Shown: one piece after another, positions 27,569-37,405 of the stretch
Position numbering within the stretch: the stretch's first letter is position 1
Layout: each line of letters opens with the position of its first letter
From: Cyclobacteriaceae bacterium
Lineage (GTDB): Bacteria; Bacteroidota; Bacteroidia; Cytophagales; Cyclobacteriaceae
Assembly: GCA_049115715.1 (NCBI GenBank)
Contig: JAGDZQ010000007.1
Coordinates: 35,714-99,713 of the forward strand
Reading direction: 5' to 3'
Length of the DNA stretch: 64,000 nucleotides
Notes under the pieces: generated by a model
Databases searched by the model: none
What the model was told of the DNA's origin: nothing
Seen by the model: the letters and a program-made list of their open reading frames with translations, nothing else
Translations under genes and position numbers: made by a program

Positions 27569-28009
27569 TTACTTGTTGAAAATCTGAAAGTCATCTGTTT
27601 TTGGAACTCTATGAAGCATATCTAGTATCTGCTGAGGTGGCACGACCACCTTTCGGCTTCTCAAATCCATAAATGCACCGGTAGCAATTACAACGCATGC
27701 CAGATCATTATTTTCTTTGAAAACCTGCTGACGAAACTTCCATACTTTGAAATCTTCACGATAAGCCAGAGCGGCACAATTGACCGTGATCTTCTCATTC
27801 ATTCTAACTTCACTCAAAAAGGTAGTGTCTTCATGAAAAAGAACAGGGCCAAATCCAGAAGTAACAAGATCGCTAAGCGGTAAACCTAGCTCGTCAAACA
27901 AGCTCACTCGAACCTGAGCTGCGTAATCATTATACGCAGTGTGACGCATATGAGCATTGGGATCCAGATCAGCCCATATTACTTGATATTGTATTTGAAA
28001 TGGCTCCAA
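27569..28009 (-). CDS. Acyl-CoA thioesterase (4HBT/hotdog family)
   Basis: WADLDPNAHMRHTAY hotdog motif; TTG start. Confidence 0.88.
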   Translation of the reverse strand: MEPFQIQYQVIWADLDPNAHMRHTAYNDYAAQVRVSLFDELGLPLSDLVTSGFGPVLFHEDTTFLSEVRMNEKITVNCAALAYREDFKVWKFRQQVFKENNDLACVVIATGAFMDLRSRKVVVPPQQILDMLHRVPKTDDFQIFNK

Positions 28010-28018
28010 AGCGATTTA

Positions 28019-28459
28019 TTATGCTTCCTTGCCTTTCTTTTCGCTCTCTTTCTCCTCTTCCTTTTCCTCAAAAACTTCCGGGCAAGCTTTAGCTAAGAGG
28101 TTGTACCATGTCACAAGTTTCTTAATGTCCGAAACGTATACTCTTGACTCGTCGTAATCTGGCAAAATGAATTTCAAAAAAGACTTAAGCTCATCCGGAG
28201 TAGAGTTTGACGTAAGGTCTGTGTCTCCATCAAACTCAGAATGAATTTTCACCATTACTTCTTTCAGTGGTTTTGCTCCCTCTTCATCCGTGGTATAGAT
28301 AGAAATATCAGACAGAACAGACACTTTATTTTGAATAGAAGAAACAATTTTCTTCTTCGACCCGTCCATCGCCTCTAAAATCACCCCAGCACGAGTCGGT
28401 GATACAATTTTAAATAAGCCTCCTTTACCTGACAGAGCAGCTATCTCACTAAAATTCAT
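28019..28459 (-). CDS. DUF5606 family protein
   Basis: IAALSGKGGLFK, LSDISIYT, LPDYDESRVYVSDIKKLVTWYNLL. Confidence 0.85.
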   Translation of the reverse strand: MNFSEIAALSGKGGLFKIVSPTRAGVILEAMDGSKKKIVSSIQNKVSVLSDISIYTTDEEGAKPLKEVMVKIHSEFDGDTDLTSNSTPDELKSFLKFILPDYDESRVYVSDIKKLVTWYNLLAKACPEVFEEKEEEKESEKKGKEA

Positions 28460-28519
28460 ATTGTGTTATTTGTAAATGAATTTGTAAATCTAAAAAGTCC
28501 TGAAATATGAAAGTAAGGT

Positions 28520-29128
28520 CTAATTACTTTTTATTTCTTTATTGACTTCTCTAACAAACTTGATCACATCATCTTTCCCTGCTCCTGTTACTGTTGAAGT
28601 TTGAAAAGAAATAGGAATTTCGTCCCACCTCTTCTTCATTTCCCTTTTGAAATGAGCAATGCTAGCTGCAGTCTTATTATGCTTTTGCTTATCAATCTTC
28701 GTGAAAATCAAGCTTAAAGGAATTCCTAATTCTCCAAGAGAATCAACAAATTCCAGATCTATTTTCTGTGGTTCTATGCGAGAGTCAATTAAAACGAATA
28801 CACAATGCAGATTTTCCCTTGTTTCAAAGTATTCTGCTATCATCTTTTTCCACTTAGCTTTCTCCGTCTTACTCACATTGGCCCAGCCATACCCAGGTAA
28901 ATCAACCAAATACCAATCATCATCTATGAGAAAATGATTGATCAATTTCGTTTTTCCTGGCTTGGAAGAAACCTTTGCCAATTTGCCATGATTGGTTAGT
29001 AGGTTGATAAGCGACGATTTACCAACATTTGACCTTCCAATAAAAGCGTACTCGGGGATTTTTGTTGCAGGGCACTGCGACACTTCACTACTGCTCTTGA
29101 CAAAGAGGGCTGTTTTAATTGGCTTCAT
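28520..29128 (-). CDS. yihA: Ribosome biogenesis GTPase YihA/EngB
   Basis: GRSNVGKSS, KPGKT, DLPGYG, TKIDK. Confidence 0.96.
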   Translation of the reverse strand: MKPIKTALFVKSSSEVSQCPATKIPEYAFIGRSNVGKSSLINLLTNHGKLAKVSSKPGKTKLINHFLIDDDWYLVDLPGYGWANVSKTEKAKWKKMIAEYFETRENLHCVFVLIDSRIEPQKIDLEFVDSLGELGIPLSLIFTKIDKQKHNKTAASIAHFKREMKKRWDEIPISFQTSTVTGAGKDDVIKFVREVNKEIKSN

Positions 29129-29189
29129 CTAATAAATTTTAACAATGCAGCGAAACGCGCAGTTAAAGAATTAATATTGCATTCAAGTT

Positions 29190-29912
29190 ATGACCGTATT
29201 ACCATACAAAGATAAGCAGGCATCTAAGAAAGAGCAGGTAGCGACTATGTTTGATAACATCAGTAGCAACTATGATTTTCTAAATCACTTTCTAAGTCTC
29301 GGGATCGACATCCTGTGGAGAAAAAAAGCCATCAAACAACTCAAAGAAATTCAGCCCAAGCTGATCCTCGACATTGCAACCGGAACAGGTGATTTTGCCA
29401 TAGAAGCACTTGCCCTCAAACCCAATAAAGTAGTAGGTGTTGATATCTCCGAGGGAATGCTGGAAGTGGGTCGCAAGAAGATGAAGAAAAAAAAGATTGA
29501 CCATATCATCGAAATGCATAGCGGTGATTCGGAAGGTCTACTCTTCCCTGACAATAATTTCGACGCAGTGATCGTTGCTTTTGGAGTAAGGAATTTCGAA
29601 AACCTGGAAAAGGGTTTGGCAGATATGTATAGGGTTTTAAAAGAAGGAGGAAAAGTTGTGATTCTGGAGTTTTCGAAACCAAGAACTTTCCCTTTCAAGC
29701 AACTTTATCAGTTTTATTTCAAGTGGATTCTTCCCAAGGTTGGGAAGGTAATCTCGAATGATAATGCAGCTTATACATATCTACCTGAATCTGTTCAAGA
29801 ATTTCCGGACGGTCAGAATTTTTTAGATATCTTAGAGAAGATTGGATTTAAAAACACCCAATGCAAACCACAAACACTTGGTATAAGCTCCATCTATGTA
29901 GGTATCAAGTAG
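29190..29912 (+). CDS. ubiE: Demethylmenaquinone methyltransferase UbiE/MenG
   Basis: MFDNIS...YDFLNHFLSLG, LDIATGTGD, AFGVRNF, YTYLPESV. Confidence 0.96.
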   Translation: MTVLPYKDKQASKKEQVATMFDNISSNYDFLNHFLSLGIDILWRKKAIKQLKEIQPKLILDIATGTGDFAIEALALKPNKVVGVDISEGMLEVGRKKMKKKKIDHIIEMHSGDSEGLLFPDNNFDAVIVAFGVRNFENLEKGLADMYRVLKEGGKVVILEFSKPRTFPFKQLYQFYFKWILPKVGKVISNDNAAYTYLPESVQEFPDGQNFLDILEKIGFKNTQCKPQTLGISSIYVGIK

Positions 29913-30655
29913 TCACACTACTATTTGTATTGTTTGCGAATCAAGCTATCTCGCAAAATTACAATACAGATAACTTGACGGACTATGATAACGAATGGAT
30001 CCATTATGGATATCATATGGGTATTCATAGCACCAAGTATAGGATCAAATATGCTGACATTTATTCTACTGCTGCTTTGGATTCATTGCATTCTGCTGCT
30101 CCAGAAAATTCACCCGGATGGAGAACTGGTTTCGTTGTAAACATGCGATTGGCCAGATATCTCGACGTAAGATTACTACCTACGGTTAGTTTTTCTGATT
30201 ATACGATGACTTACAGATTCACAGACGGTCGCATATTGAGAGACACAAAAGATCTTACTACTGTAGAGCTTCCAATCTTACTAAAATATAAATCTGCGCG
30301 AAGGGGCAACATCGCCATGTATACAGTCGCAGGAATCAATAATGCTATTGAGGTTGCTGGTCGTGGTGATAATTTCGACACACAGAACAATCTTAAGCTT
30401 AAAAACTACAACGTATCATTGGATGCAGGAATTGGGTTTGATCTGTATTTCCCTCTCTTTAAATTTTCTCCTGAGATCCGATATAACTGGGGACTAAGAA
30501 ATATGCTACCGGGCGAAAAAGGAATCTATAGCATTCCTTTCAAGGATTTGAGTTTTGAGAGTTTTGCTTTCTATATCACATTCGAAGGAGGCCCCTCCTA
30601 TCTCAAGTACCTAAGAAAGAAAAACAAAAAGAAGCGAAGAGACGAAAGCGGATAG
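29861..30655 (+). CDS. porT: T9SS outer membrane beta-barrel PorT
   Basis: YDNEWIHYGY, RLLPTVSF, VELPILLKYKS, PLFKFSPEIRY, YITFE; located after ubiE. Confidence 0.8.
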   Translation: MQTTNTWYKLHLCRYQVVTLLFVLFANQAISQNYNTDNLTDYDNEWIHYGYHMGIHSTKYRIKYADIYSTAALDSLHSAAPENSPGWRTGFVVNMRLARYLDVRLLPTVSFSDYTMTYRFTDGRILRDTKDLTTVELPILLKYKSARRGNIAMYTVAGINNAIEVAGRGDNFDTQNNLKLKNYNVSLDAGIGFDLYFPLFKFSPEIRYNWGLRNMLPGEKGIYSIPFKDLSFESFAFYITFEGGPSYLKYLRKKNKKKRRDESG

Positions 30656-30658
30656 TGG

Positions 30659-31117
30659 ATGAAGCATTTTCTAGTTCTTGGAGCAACCGCACTCCTGGTA
30701 TTTATCTTTACAGGATTCTTTTTCAGTTTTAAGTTTTTTAACCCGTTTGATCTTAATTATCACGATAGCCATATCACAGTATATCCCGCTATTCTTGTTT
30801 TGATCGTATGGATATTCGTTTCATATATTTACTATAGTAATAAAGAATTCAGCCCCTCAAAACGAACTAAGATTGGCTCTATAATTTTAATTTCATTCAA
30901 CACTATAATTATTGGTTTTGCAGGCTATTTGAGCTTTTTAGCATATGCCTTTTGGGGACTGAGATTAGTAATCGAGTATTTTAGTTCTTCGAAAAAGGGA
31001 GCATACATTTACAATAATTTAATTTTGAGCGAAACTATCATTTGCATTACAATCCTCTGTCTTCTAGTATACGAAATAGTACTTATTAAAAGATTAAAAA
31101 GATTATTCATTCATTGA
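30659..31117 (+). CDS. Hypothetical membrane protein (about 4 TM)
   Basis: 152-aa hydrophobic ORF filling the gap between porT and the SDR gene. Confidence 0.6.
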   Translation: MKHFLVLGATALLVFIFTGFFFSFKFFNPFDLNYHDSHITVYPAILVLIVWIFVSYIYYSNKEFSPSKRTKIGSIILISFNTIIIGFAGYLSFLAYAFWGLRLVIEYFSSSKKGAYIYNNLILSETIICITILCLLVYEIVLIKRLKRLFIH

Positions 31118-31138
31118 AATAAAAAACAATCTTAATTA

Positions 31139-31894
31139 ATGAAAAAAACAATCTTAATAACAGGAGCGACCAGCGGAATTGGGAAAGCCACAGCGGAAAT
31201 ATTGGCAGAAAAAGGCCATAGAATAATTCTATGTGGCAGGAGAAAAGATAGATTAAACGAACTATCCAATATACTTGGAGAAAAGACCTCAGTCCATACA
31301 CTTTCATTTGATGCGACTATCAAGGAGGATGTTTTTGCTGCAATCGAATCGATTCCAGATGATTGGAAAAAAATAGATGTTCTCATCAATAATGCGGGAA
31401 ACGCTCATGGATTTGATTTTATCCACGAAGCAAGCATTGACGATTGGGAATCTATGATTAACATTAATCTGAAGGGTCTGCTTTACGTGACCAAAAGTGT
31501 TTTACCAGATATGGTCAAGAGAAAGTCAGGTCATATTATCAATATAGGTTCAATAGCTGGAATTGAATCTTATCCAAAAGGTGGTGTATATAACGCATCC
31601 AAATACGCAGTAGATGGCCTCACCAAATCTATGAGACAGGACCTAATAGAACACAATATCAAGGTCTCTGAGATTAAGCCCGGGTTGGTCAACACAGAGT
31701 TTTCTAATGTAAGGTTCAAAGGAGATGATCAAAAAGCAGCAAAAGTCTATGAAGGGATGGACCCTTTGACGGCAAGCGATATTGCTGAAATATTGGAATT
31801 TATCATTTCTCGACCAGCTCACGTTAATCTGGCAGATACATTAGTTTTACCGACAGCACAGGCTACTGCAACCATGGTACGCAGAAAAAAGTAG
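31139..31894 (+). CDS. SDR oxidoreductase (YdfG-like)
   Basis: TGATSGIG, NNAGNAHG, YNASK, SEIKPGLVNTEFS. Confidence 0.92.
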   Translation: MKKTILITGATSGIGKATAEILAEKGHRIILCGRRKDRLNELSNILGEKTSVHTLSFDATIKEDVFAAIESIPDDWKKIDVLINNAGNAHGFDFIHEASIDDWESMININLKGLLYVTKSVLPDMVKRKSGHIINIGSIAGIESYPKGGVYNASKYAVDGLTKSMRQDLIEHNIKVSEIKPGLVNTEFSNVRFKGDDQKAAKVYEGMDPLTASDIAEILEFIISRPAHVNLADTLVLPTAQATATMVRRKK

Positions 31895-31924
31895 GATTCC
31901 CTGATACAATTCAAAACACCCCAA

Positions 31925-33244
31925 ATGAAGCACATTTTACTATTAGGAGCTGGCAGATCTGCCAATGCGTTAATCGATTATCTACTTGATCAGTGTCAAA
32001 AGAATGATTGGGAATTGATCATTTGTGATAAAAACGAACAAGGGGTTAAAGAAAAGTACCCAGGTGTCAAGGTCTTATCTTTTGACATTGAAAACACTGC
32101 TGAAGCCAATAAGATCATTTCATCTGTTGACTTGGTTATCAGTATGCTGCCTGCTCGATTTCATCCTATAGCGGCCAAAATATGCGCTGATAAGGGCATA
32201 AACATGCTTACAGCTTCCTATGTAGACAAAGAGATAGAATCTCTTAATGAGACTTTCTCTAAAAACGGAGTTCTATGTTTAATGGAAATGGGTCTGGATC
32301 CGGGCATTGATCATATGTCCGCAATGAAGGTCCTAGACCAAATAAAGGCAGATGGGCATAAATTGGTTTCTTTTGAAACATTCACTGGTGGTTTGCTAGC
32401 AGACAATCTAGAATCCGATAATCCCTGGCAGTATAAGTTCACATGGAATCCTCGAAACGTCGTTCTAGCAGGAACAGGCAATGTGAAATTTCTTCAGGAG
32501 GGGCGTTTCAAGTACATCCCGTATCATAGGCTTTTTCAAAGAACAGAAGTCATTCATATTCCAGGATATGGATACTTCGAAGGCTATGCGAACAGAGATT
32601 CGCTTAAGTATTTGGACTTGTATAAGTTGAGGGGTATTCAAACGCTCTATAGAGGAACTTTAAGAAGACCTGGCTTTTGCAAAGCCTGGAACATTTTCGT
32701 TCAATTGGGTGCTACAGATGATAGCTATCAGATGGAGCGTGTAGATGAAATGACGCACCGTCAGTTTATAAATTCTTTTCTTTCTTATAATCCTGATGAT
32801 TCGGTCGAGCTAAAAATTGCTCACTATATGAATATTAGCAGGGAGTCAGATGAAATATATAAACTCAAGTATCTGGGACTTTTTGATGAGGAAAAAGTTG
32901 GATTGAAAAAAGGCACTCCTGCACAAATACTAGAGCATATCTTGAAGAAAAAATGGACGCTTACGGAGCGTGATCAGGACATGATTGTAATGTGGCACAA
33001 ATTTGTCTATAGCTCAGAAGAGGGAAGAAAAGAGATTCATGCCAACATGGTTGCACTGGGGGATTCCAACCATACAGCCATGGCAAAGACTGTCGGCCTC
33101 CCGTTGGGTATTGCAGCGAAACTGATTTTGAAGGGTAAGATTCCACTAAAAGGTGTGCATACTCCAACCGAAAGAGAAATTTACGATCCTGTTCTACAAG
33201 AGCTTAATGAAATGGGTTTTGATTTCAACGAAAGGACTATTTAG
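31925..33244 (+). CDS. Saccharopine dehydrogenase family (NADP-binding plus C-terminal domain)
   Basis: LLGAGRS, EMGLDPGIDHMSAM, YKFTWNPRNV, YANRDSL, AMAKTVGLP. Confidence 0.92.
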   Translation: MKHILLLGAGRSANALIDYLLDQCQKNDWELIICDKNEQGVKEKYPGVKVLSFDIENTAEANKIISSVDLVISMLPARFHPIAAKICADKGINMLTASYVDKEIESLNETFSKNGVLCLMEMGLDPGIDHMSAMKVLDQIKADGHKLVSFETFTGGLLADNLESDNPWQYKFTWNPRNVVLAGTGNVKFLQEGRFKYIPYHRLFQRTEVIHIPGYGYFEGYANRDSLKYLDLYKLRGIQTLYRGTLRRPGFCKAWNIFVQLGATDDSYQMERVDEMTHRQFINSFLSYNPDDSVELKIAHYMNISRESDEIYKLKYLGLFDEEKVGLKKGTPAQILEHILKKKWTLTERDQDMIVMWHKFVYSSEEGRKEIHANMVALGDSNHTAMAKTVGLPLGIAAKLILKGKIPLKGVHTPTEREIYDPVLQELNEMGFDFNERTI

Positions 33245-33395
33245 TTCGAATATCGCTTTTGTATATCTATTGAGGTAAATCAAATAGCATTCAAAGCATC
33301 GGTGCTCTATTCAAAGCTTGAATTGACCAGTTATCTAAAACTAGCGTGGTAAACTGATCTCAAGGCTAATATTTACACGTCTTAAACAGTATATC

Positions 33396-35213
33396 ATGAA
33401 ACCAAGCACCCCCTTTTTTCTCTCGATCCTATGCATTCTAGTACTAGGTTCTTGCCAAAATAATTCAGAGGATTCTAATCGAAATATATCGACAGTTTCT
33501 CAGGAAGCCAATATTTTCTTTGATGAATATTTCGATTTGACAGTGGATCGATCACCTCAATATCAAGGGTATCAGGGCATAAAAAAAGACAATGATAAAT
33601 GGGACGATATCTCCGATGAGTATGCTCAGGAGGGATTGGCAATCAAAAAAGAAAAGCTAAAATACCTGATAGATTCTATCAAACCAGCATCTCTTGACAA
33701 GCAGACTCTGGTTTCATACAAGTTATTCAAACAAAAACTGGAAAATGAAATTGCTGACTTCAAATGGCGCTTCCACACCTACCCCATTAATCAGATGAGG
33801 GGACTTCATTCCAGCATCCCCGCCTATCTAATCAACACACATCAGGTTGCGGATTCATCCGATGCTGCTGCATATATATCTAGGTTAAATGCCATCCCCC
33901 CTCTCTTTGATCAACTGATTGAAAACTTGAAGGTCCGAGAAGAAAAAGGAATTGTCGCGCCAAAATTTGTATTTCCCCGTGTTATCGAAGATTCCAGAAA
34001 TTTATTGAAAGGTGCTCCTTTTGATGATGGGGAGGCAAGCACATTATTTGCCGATTTTCAATCTAAGGTGGGAAAATTAGAGATTTCAGATAATGCTAAA
34101 TCCGACTTAATTGCAGCTTCTGAAGTGGCGTTGATCGAAAAGGTAAGTCCTGCTTACAAAAAGTTGATTGCATTTCTCCAAGAGCTGGAGCAAAGAGCCT
34201 CTACTGATGATGGAGCCTGGAAATTCCCGGAGGGAGAAGCATATTATGAAACAAAGTTGAAAAGAACGACTACTACAGACTTAACGAATGAGGACATACA
34301 CCAAATAGGCTTGAGCGAAGTAGATAGAATTCATAAAGAGATAAAGTCCATCATGAAGAAGGTAGAGTTCGATGGTTCATTAGCTGAATTTTTCACATTC
34401 TTAAAAGAGGACGATCAATTTTACTATCCTGATACGGATGAAGGCAAAATAGCTTACATAGATAGCGCAACAGCGATCATCGATAATATGAGAGATCAGT
34501 TGGACGATTTATTTATCACCAAGCCAAAAGCTTCAATGATTGTTAAGCGTGTGGAAGCGTTTAGGGAAAAATCTACTTCCAAAGCTTTTTACCAACGTCC
34601 TGCTCCTGACGGTTCAAGGCCAGGAACTTATTATGCAAATCTTGGCAGCACGCGAAACATGCCCAAATTCGAAATGGAGGCACTTGCCTATCATGAAGGA
34701 ATCCCCGGACATCATATGGACAGAACCATCGCAATGGAGCTTGAGGGAATTCCAAAATTTAGAAAGTTTGGGAGTTATACAGCGTGTGTTGAAGGTTGGG
34801 GGCTTTACAGCGAGTTTATCCCAAAAGAGTTGGGAATGTACAGCAATCCATACTCAGACTATGGAAGGCTCGCCATGGAGCTATGGAGGGCTTGTAGGCT
34901 CGTGGTTGATACAGGGATACACTTTAAAAAGTGGACGCGCGAAGAAGCCATCGACTACTACCTAACAAATACTTCAGGCACAGAAAAAGAATGTGTGAGA
35001 ATGGTGGAAAGGCACATTGTGCTCCCGTCTCAAGCCACCGCGTACAAGATTGGGATGATGAAAATTCTAGAACTTAGAAGTACTGCAAAGGAAAAGCTTG
35101 GAGACAAATTTGATATCCGAGAGTTCCACGAGGTGATTTTGACCAGCGGCGCAATACCTCTGCAGTTGATGGAAGAAATGGTCATGGAATGGGTTGCCTC
35201 GAAGGAGGCATGA
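33396..35213 (+). CDS. DUF885 family lipoprotein
   Basis: Lipobox LVLGSC, HQIGLSEV, YHEGIPGHH, EGWGLYSE, QATAYKIG, FDIREFH. Confidence 0.92.
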   Translation: MKPSTPFFLSILCILVLGSCQNNSEDSNRNISTVSQEANIFFDEYFDLTVDRSPQYQGYQGIKKDNDKWDDISDEYAQEGLAIKKEKLKYLIDSIKPASLDKQTLVSYKLFKQKLENEIADFKWRFHTYPINQMRGLHSSIPAYLINTHQVADSSDAAAYISRLNAIPPLFDQLIENLKVREEKGIVAPKFVFPRVIEDSRNLLKGAPFDDGEASTLFADFQSKVGKLEISDNAKSDLIAASEVALIEKVSPAYKKLIAFLQELEQRASTDDGAWKFPEGEAYYETKLKRTTTTDLTNEDIHQIGLSEVDRIHKEIKSIMKKVEFDGSLAEFFTFLKEDDQFYYPDTDEGKIAYIDSATAIIDNMRDQLDDLFITKPKASMIVKRVEAFREKSTSKAFYQRPAPDGSRPGTYYANLGSTRNMPKFEMEALAYHEGIPGHHMDRTIAMELEGIPKFRKFGSYTACVEGWGLYSEFIPKELGMYSNPYSDYGRLAMELWRACRLVVDTGIHFKKWTREEAIDYYLTNTSGTEKECVRMVERHIVLPSQATAYKIGMMKILELRSTAKEKLGDKFDIREFHEVILTSGAIPLQLMEEMVMEWVASKEA

Positions 35214-35233
35214 TAGGTTAACAGCGATGATCG

Positions 35234-35941
35234 CTACAGATGCAGGTAATAATCTTTTAGAAGCTCAATGAAATCATGGGTATATCCAACTTCAGCTTTT
35301 ATAATGAGATTGGATTCTGATTTAGGTTTTTCAATTCTTGAGAAAGATTGAACAACTCTGAAAACCTTTGATCCCACTCTATCGAAAATAGTGATTTGAT
35401 TGGTGAGGTGAAACGAATATTGAATAGCCAATTGACAAAAGGTCTGCGCTTCTCTTTCAGGGTATAGCACCCAAAAACTTCCATCCTCAGTCAACAAACG
35501 ATCAATGCTCTTAATCAAATCGAGTTGATTCAATTCCTCCTCGTGTCTGGCTAGATTTCCTGAGGTAGATTTGGATGTCATAGACCCTCTGAAAAAAGGA
35601 GGGTTGGAAACAATCATATCATATTGCTCAGCAGTGTTATGATCCTGAATAGCACTGTGAAATACATTAAGGTTGGCATCCCAACTGCTATTTTTAAAAT
35701 TATCTCTAGCTTGCAAGAATGCAGCTGCATCAATCTCCACTGCATCAAAAAGCGTCTGTGGATATTTTTGGGCAAGCATGAGTGCCAGCAATCCCGTACC
35801 GGTACCTATATCTAAAACATGTTTTGGGGAGCGATCAGGGTCTATCAATGCCCCAAACAGACATCCCTCTGTGGTGACTTTCATAGCACATGATCCTTGA
35901 TCGATCTTGAAGTGCTTGAACTGAAAATAACTATTGGGCAT
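35234..35941 (-). CDS. tRNA1(Val) (adenine(37)-N6)-methyltransferase family
   Basis: FQFKHFKIDQ...AMKVTTEG, LDIGTGTG, SNPPFF. Confidence 0.9.
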   Translation of the reverse strand: MPNSYFQFKHFKIDQGSCAMKVTTEGCLFGALIDPDRSPKHVLDIGTGTGLLALMLAQKYPQTLFDAVEIDAAAFLQARDNFKNSSWDANLNVFHSAIQDHNTAEQYDMIVSNPPFFRGSMTSKSTSGNLARHEEELNQLDLIKSIDRLLTEDGSFWVLYPEREAQTFCQLAIQYSFHLTNQITIFDRVGSKVFRVVQSFSRIEKPKSESNLIIKAEVGYTHDFIELLKDYYLHL

Positions 35942-36399
35942 TAACCTTTGTTTTCATCTTCGAAAACTTTGTCAACCTTAAGATCTATTCCTTCTGCTGC
36001 TTCTACGGCAAGCTGATCACATCTTTCATTTTCAGGGTGTCCAGCATGTCCTTTGACCCATTGAAATTTTACTTTATGATTTTTGGAGGCTTCCAAATAT
36101 TGTTTCCACAGATCAGCGTTCTTCTTCCCCTTAAAATTTTTCACCACCCAACCTTTGAGCCACCCCTTCTCTACTGAATCAACCACATATTTGGAATCAG
36201 AATACACCACGACTTCCCATCCGGGTTTCTTGATTGCTTCGAGTGCTCTGATTACGGCAAGCAACTCCATCCTATTGTTGGTGGTCATTCGAAAACCTTC
36301 GGAAAGTTCCTTTCTTTTTCCCTGATAATCTAAGATGGCACCATATCCGCCATTACCAGGATTGCCTTTGGCTGCTCCGTCGGTATATACTTTTATCAT
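35941..36399 (-). CDS. rnhA: Ribonuclease HI
   Basis: YTDGA, TTNNRMELLAVI, SDSKYV, WVKGHAGHPENERCD. Confidence 0.97.
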   Translation of the reverse strand: MIKVYTDGAAKGNPGNGGYGAILDYQGKRKELSEGFRMTTNNRMELLAVIRALEAIKKPGWEVVVYSDSKYVVDSVEKGWLKGWVVKNFKGKKNADLWKQYLEASKNHKVKFQWVKGHAGHPENERCDQLAVEAAEGIDLKVDKVFEDENKG

Positions 36400-36968
36400 A
36401 AAGTGATATTTGCTTTGAAGATTTTGATTGCGATTGATAATAAAATAATGCCGAAGACTTTTCTAAGGATGTTAAACCCGTTTGCTCCTAGCTTGCGTTC
36501 CAACCATCCACTTGTCTTCAATACTAAATAAACAAAAATGAGGTTAACAAAGACCCCAATCAATATATTGGACGTCTGATAGATAGCCTTGAGCGATATG
36601 AGAGTGGTCATAGTACCTGCACCCGCTATCAGCGGAAAGGCAATGGGAACTATGGAATGTGATCCAGAAACGTCGCTTTCGTCACTTTTAAAAAATTGAA
36701 TACCAAGTACCATCTCCATTCCCAGGAAAAACATAATGAGGGCTCCAGCAATCGCAAATGACCCAATATCAATACCGAAAAGGTTCAAAATACTCTCTCC
36801 GAGAAAAAGGAATGCGACCATTATAACACCTGAGACGATAGTCGCCTTTTCCGATTGGACGTGCCCCATCTTCTTCCTCAAATCAATGATGATAGGTACG
36901 TTTCCTATAATATCTATTACAGAAAATAAAATAAGGGTTACCGAGAGTATTTCTTTGAAATCAAACAT
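36396..36968 (-). CDS. MarC family membrane protein
   Basis: LFSVIDIIGNVP, VPIAFPLIAGAGT, RKVFGIILLSIA. Confidence 0.93.
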   Translation of the reverse strand: MFDFKEILSVTLILFSVIDIIGNVPIIIDLRKKMGHVQSEKATIVSGVIMVAFLFLGESILNLFGIDIGSFAIAGALIMFFLGMEMVLGIQFFKSDESDVSGSHSIVPIAFPLIAGAGTMTTLISLKAIYQTSNILIGVFVNLIFVYLVLKTSGWLERKLGANGFNILRKVFGIILLSIAIKIFKANITL

Positions 36969-37405
36969 ACATGGTCGTGATGCTGCAAAGCTAAAGCTTC
37001 AAATAGAAATTATTTCTCATCATAAGATAATGGTCTGACTATCAAAAATCATAATCGCAACAATAACCTAAAAAGCTTCATGTCCTATCCAGTTGGGAAA
37101 TTTTGGATATCATGAAAGAAAATATCAACCCTCCACAATTAGAGGGTTATTTCCTAAACTCCACAAGTTTTATAAGAACAAATACTCTAGCGATTCAGGT
37201 GATTCCAGATGGACTGCATTGAAATGTTTTTCAAAATCTTTTCAATTTTTGGTAGGTGAAAGAGAATTCCAGTTCATCAATTTCTTTCAGTAGTTGACAA
37301 TCTCCTGCTCCGATTCGGACTTGTTCAATACTTTTTTTTACTATCTTTATTTAGGAAAACTTCAAGAACCTACTCTCCGTTTGACAGGCTTCAACCAGAT
37401 CGCCA

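Noticed and set aside
30659-31117. AT-rich membrane gene as a horizontally acquired island
   Set aside because: Low GC is explained by Ile/Phe/Tyr/Leu richness; no mobility signatures.
37090-37340. Protein-like minus-strand fragments (LLKEIDELEFSFTYQKL / KDFEKHFNAVHLESPESLEYLFL) between marC and the TPR gene
   Set aside because: Needs several frameshifts and stops to join, and no family is recognised; only a BLASTx hit could rescue it.
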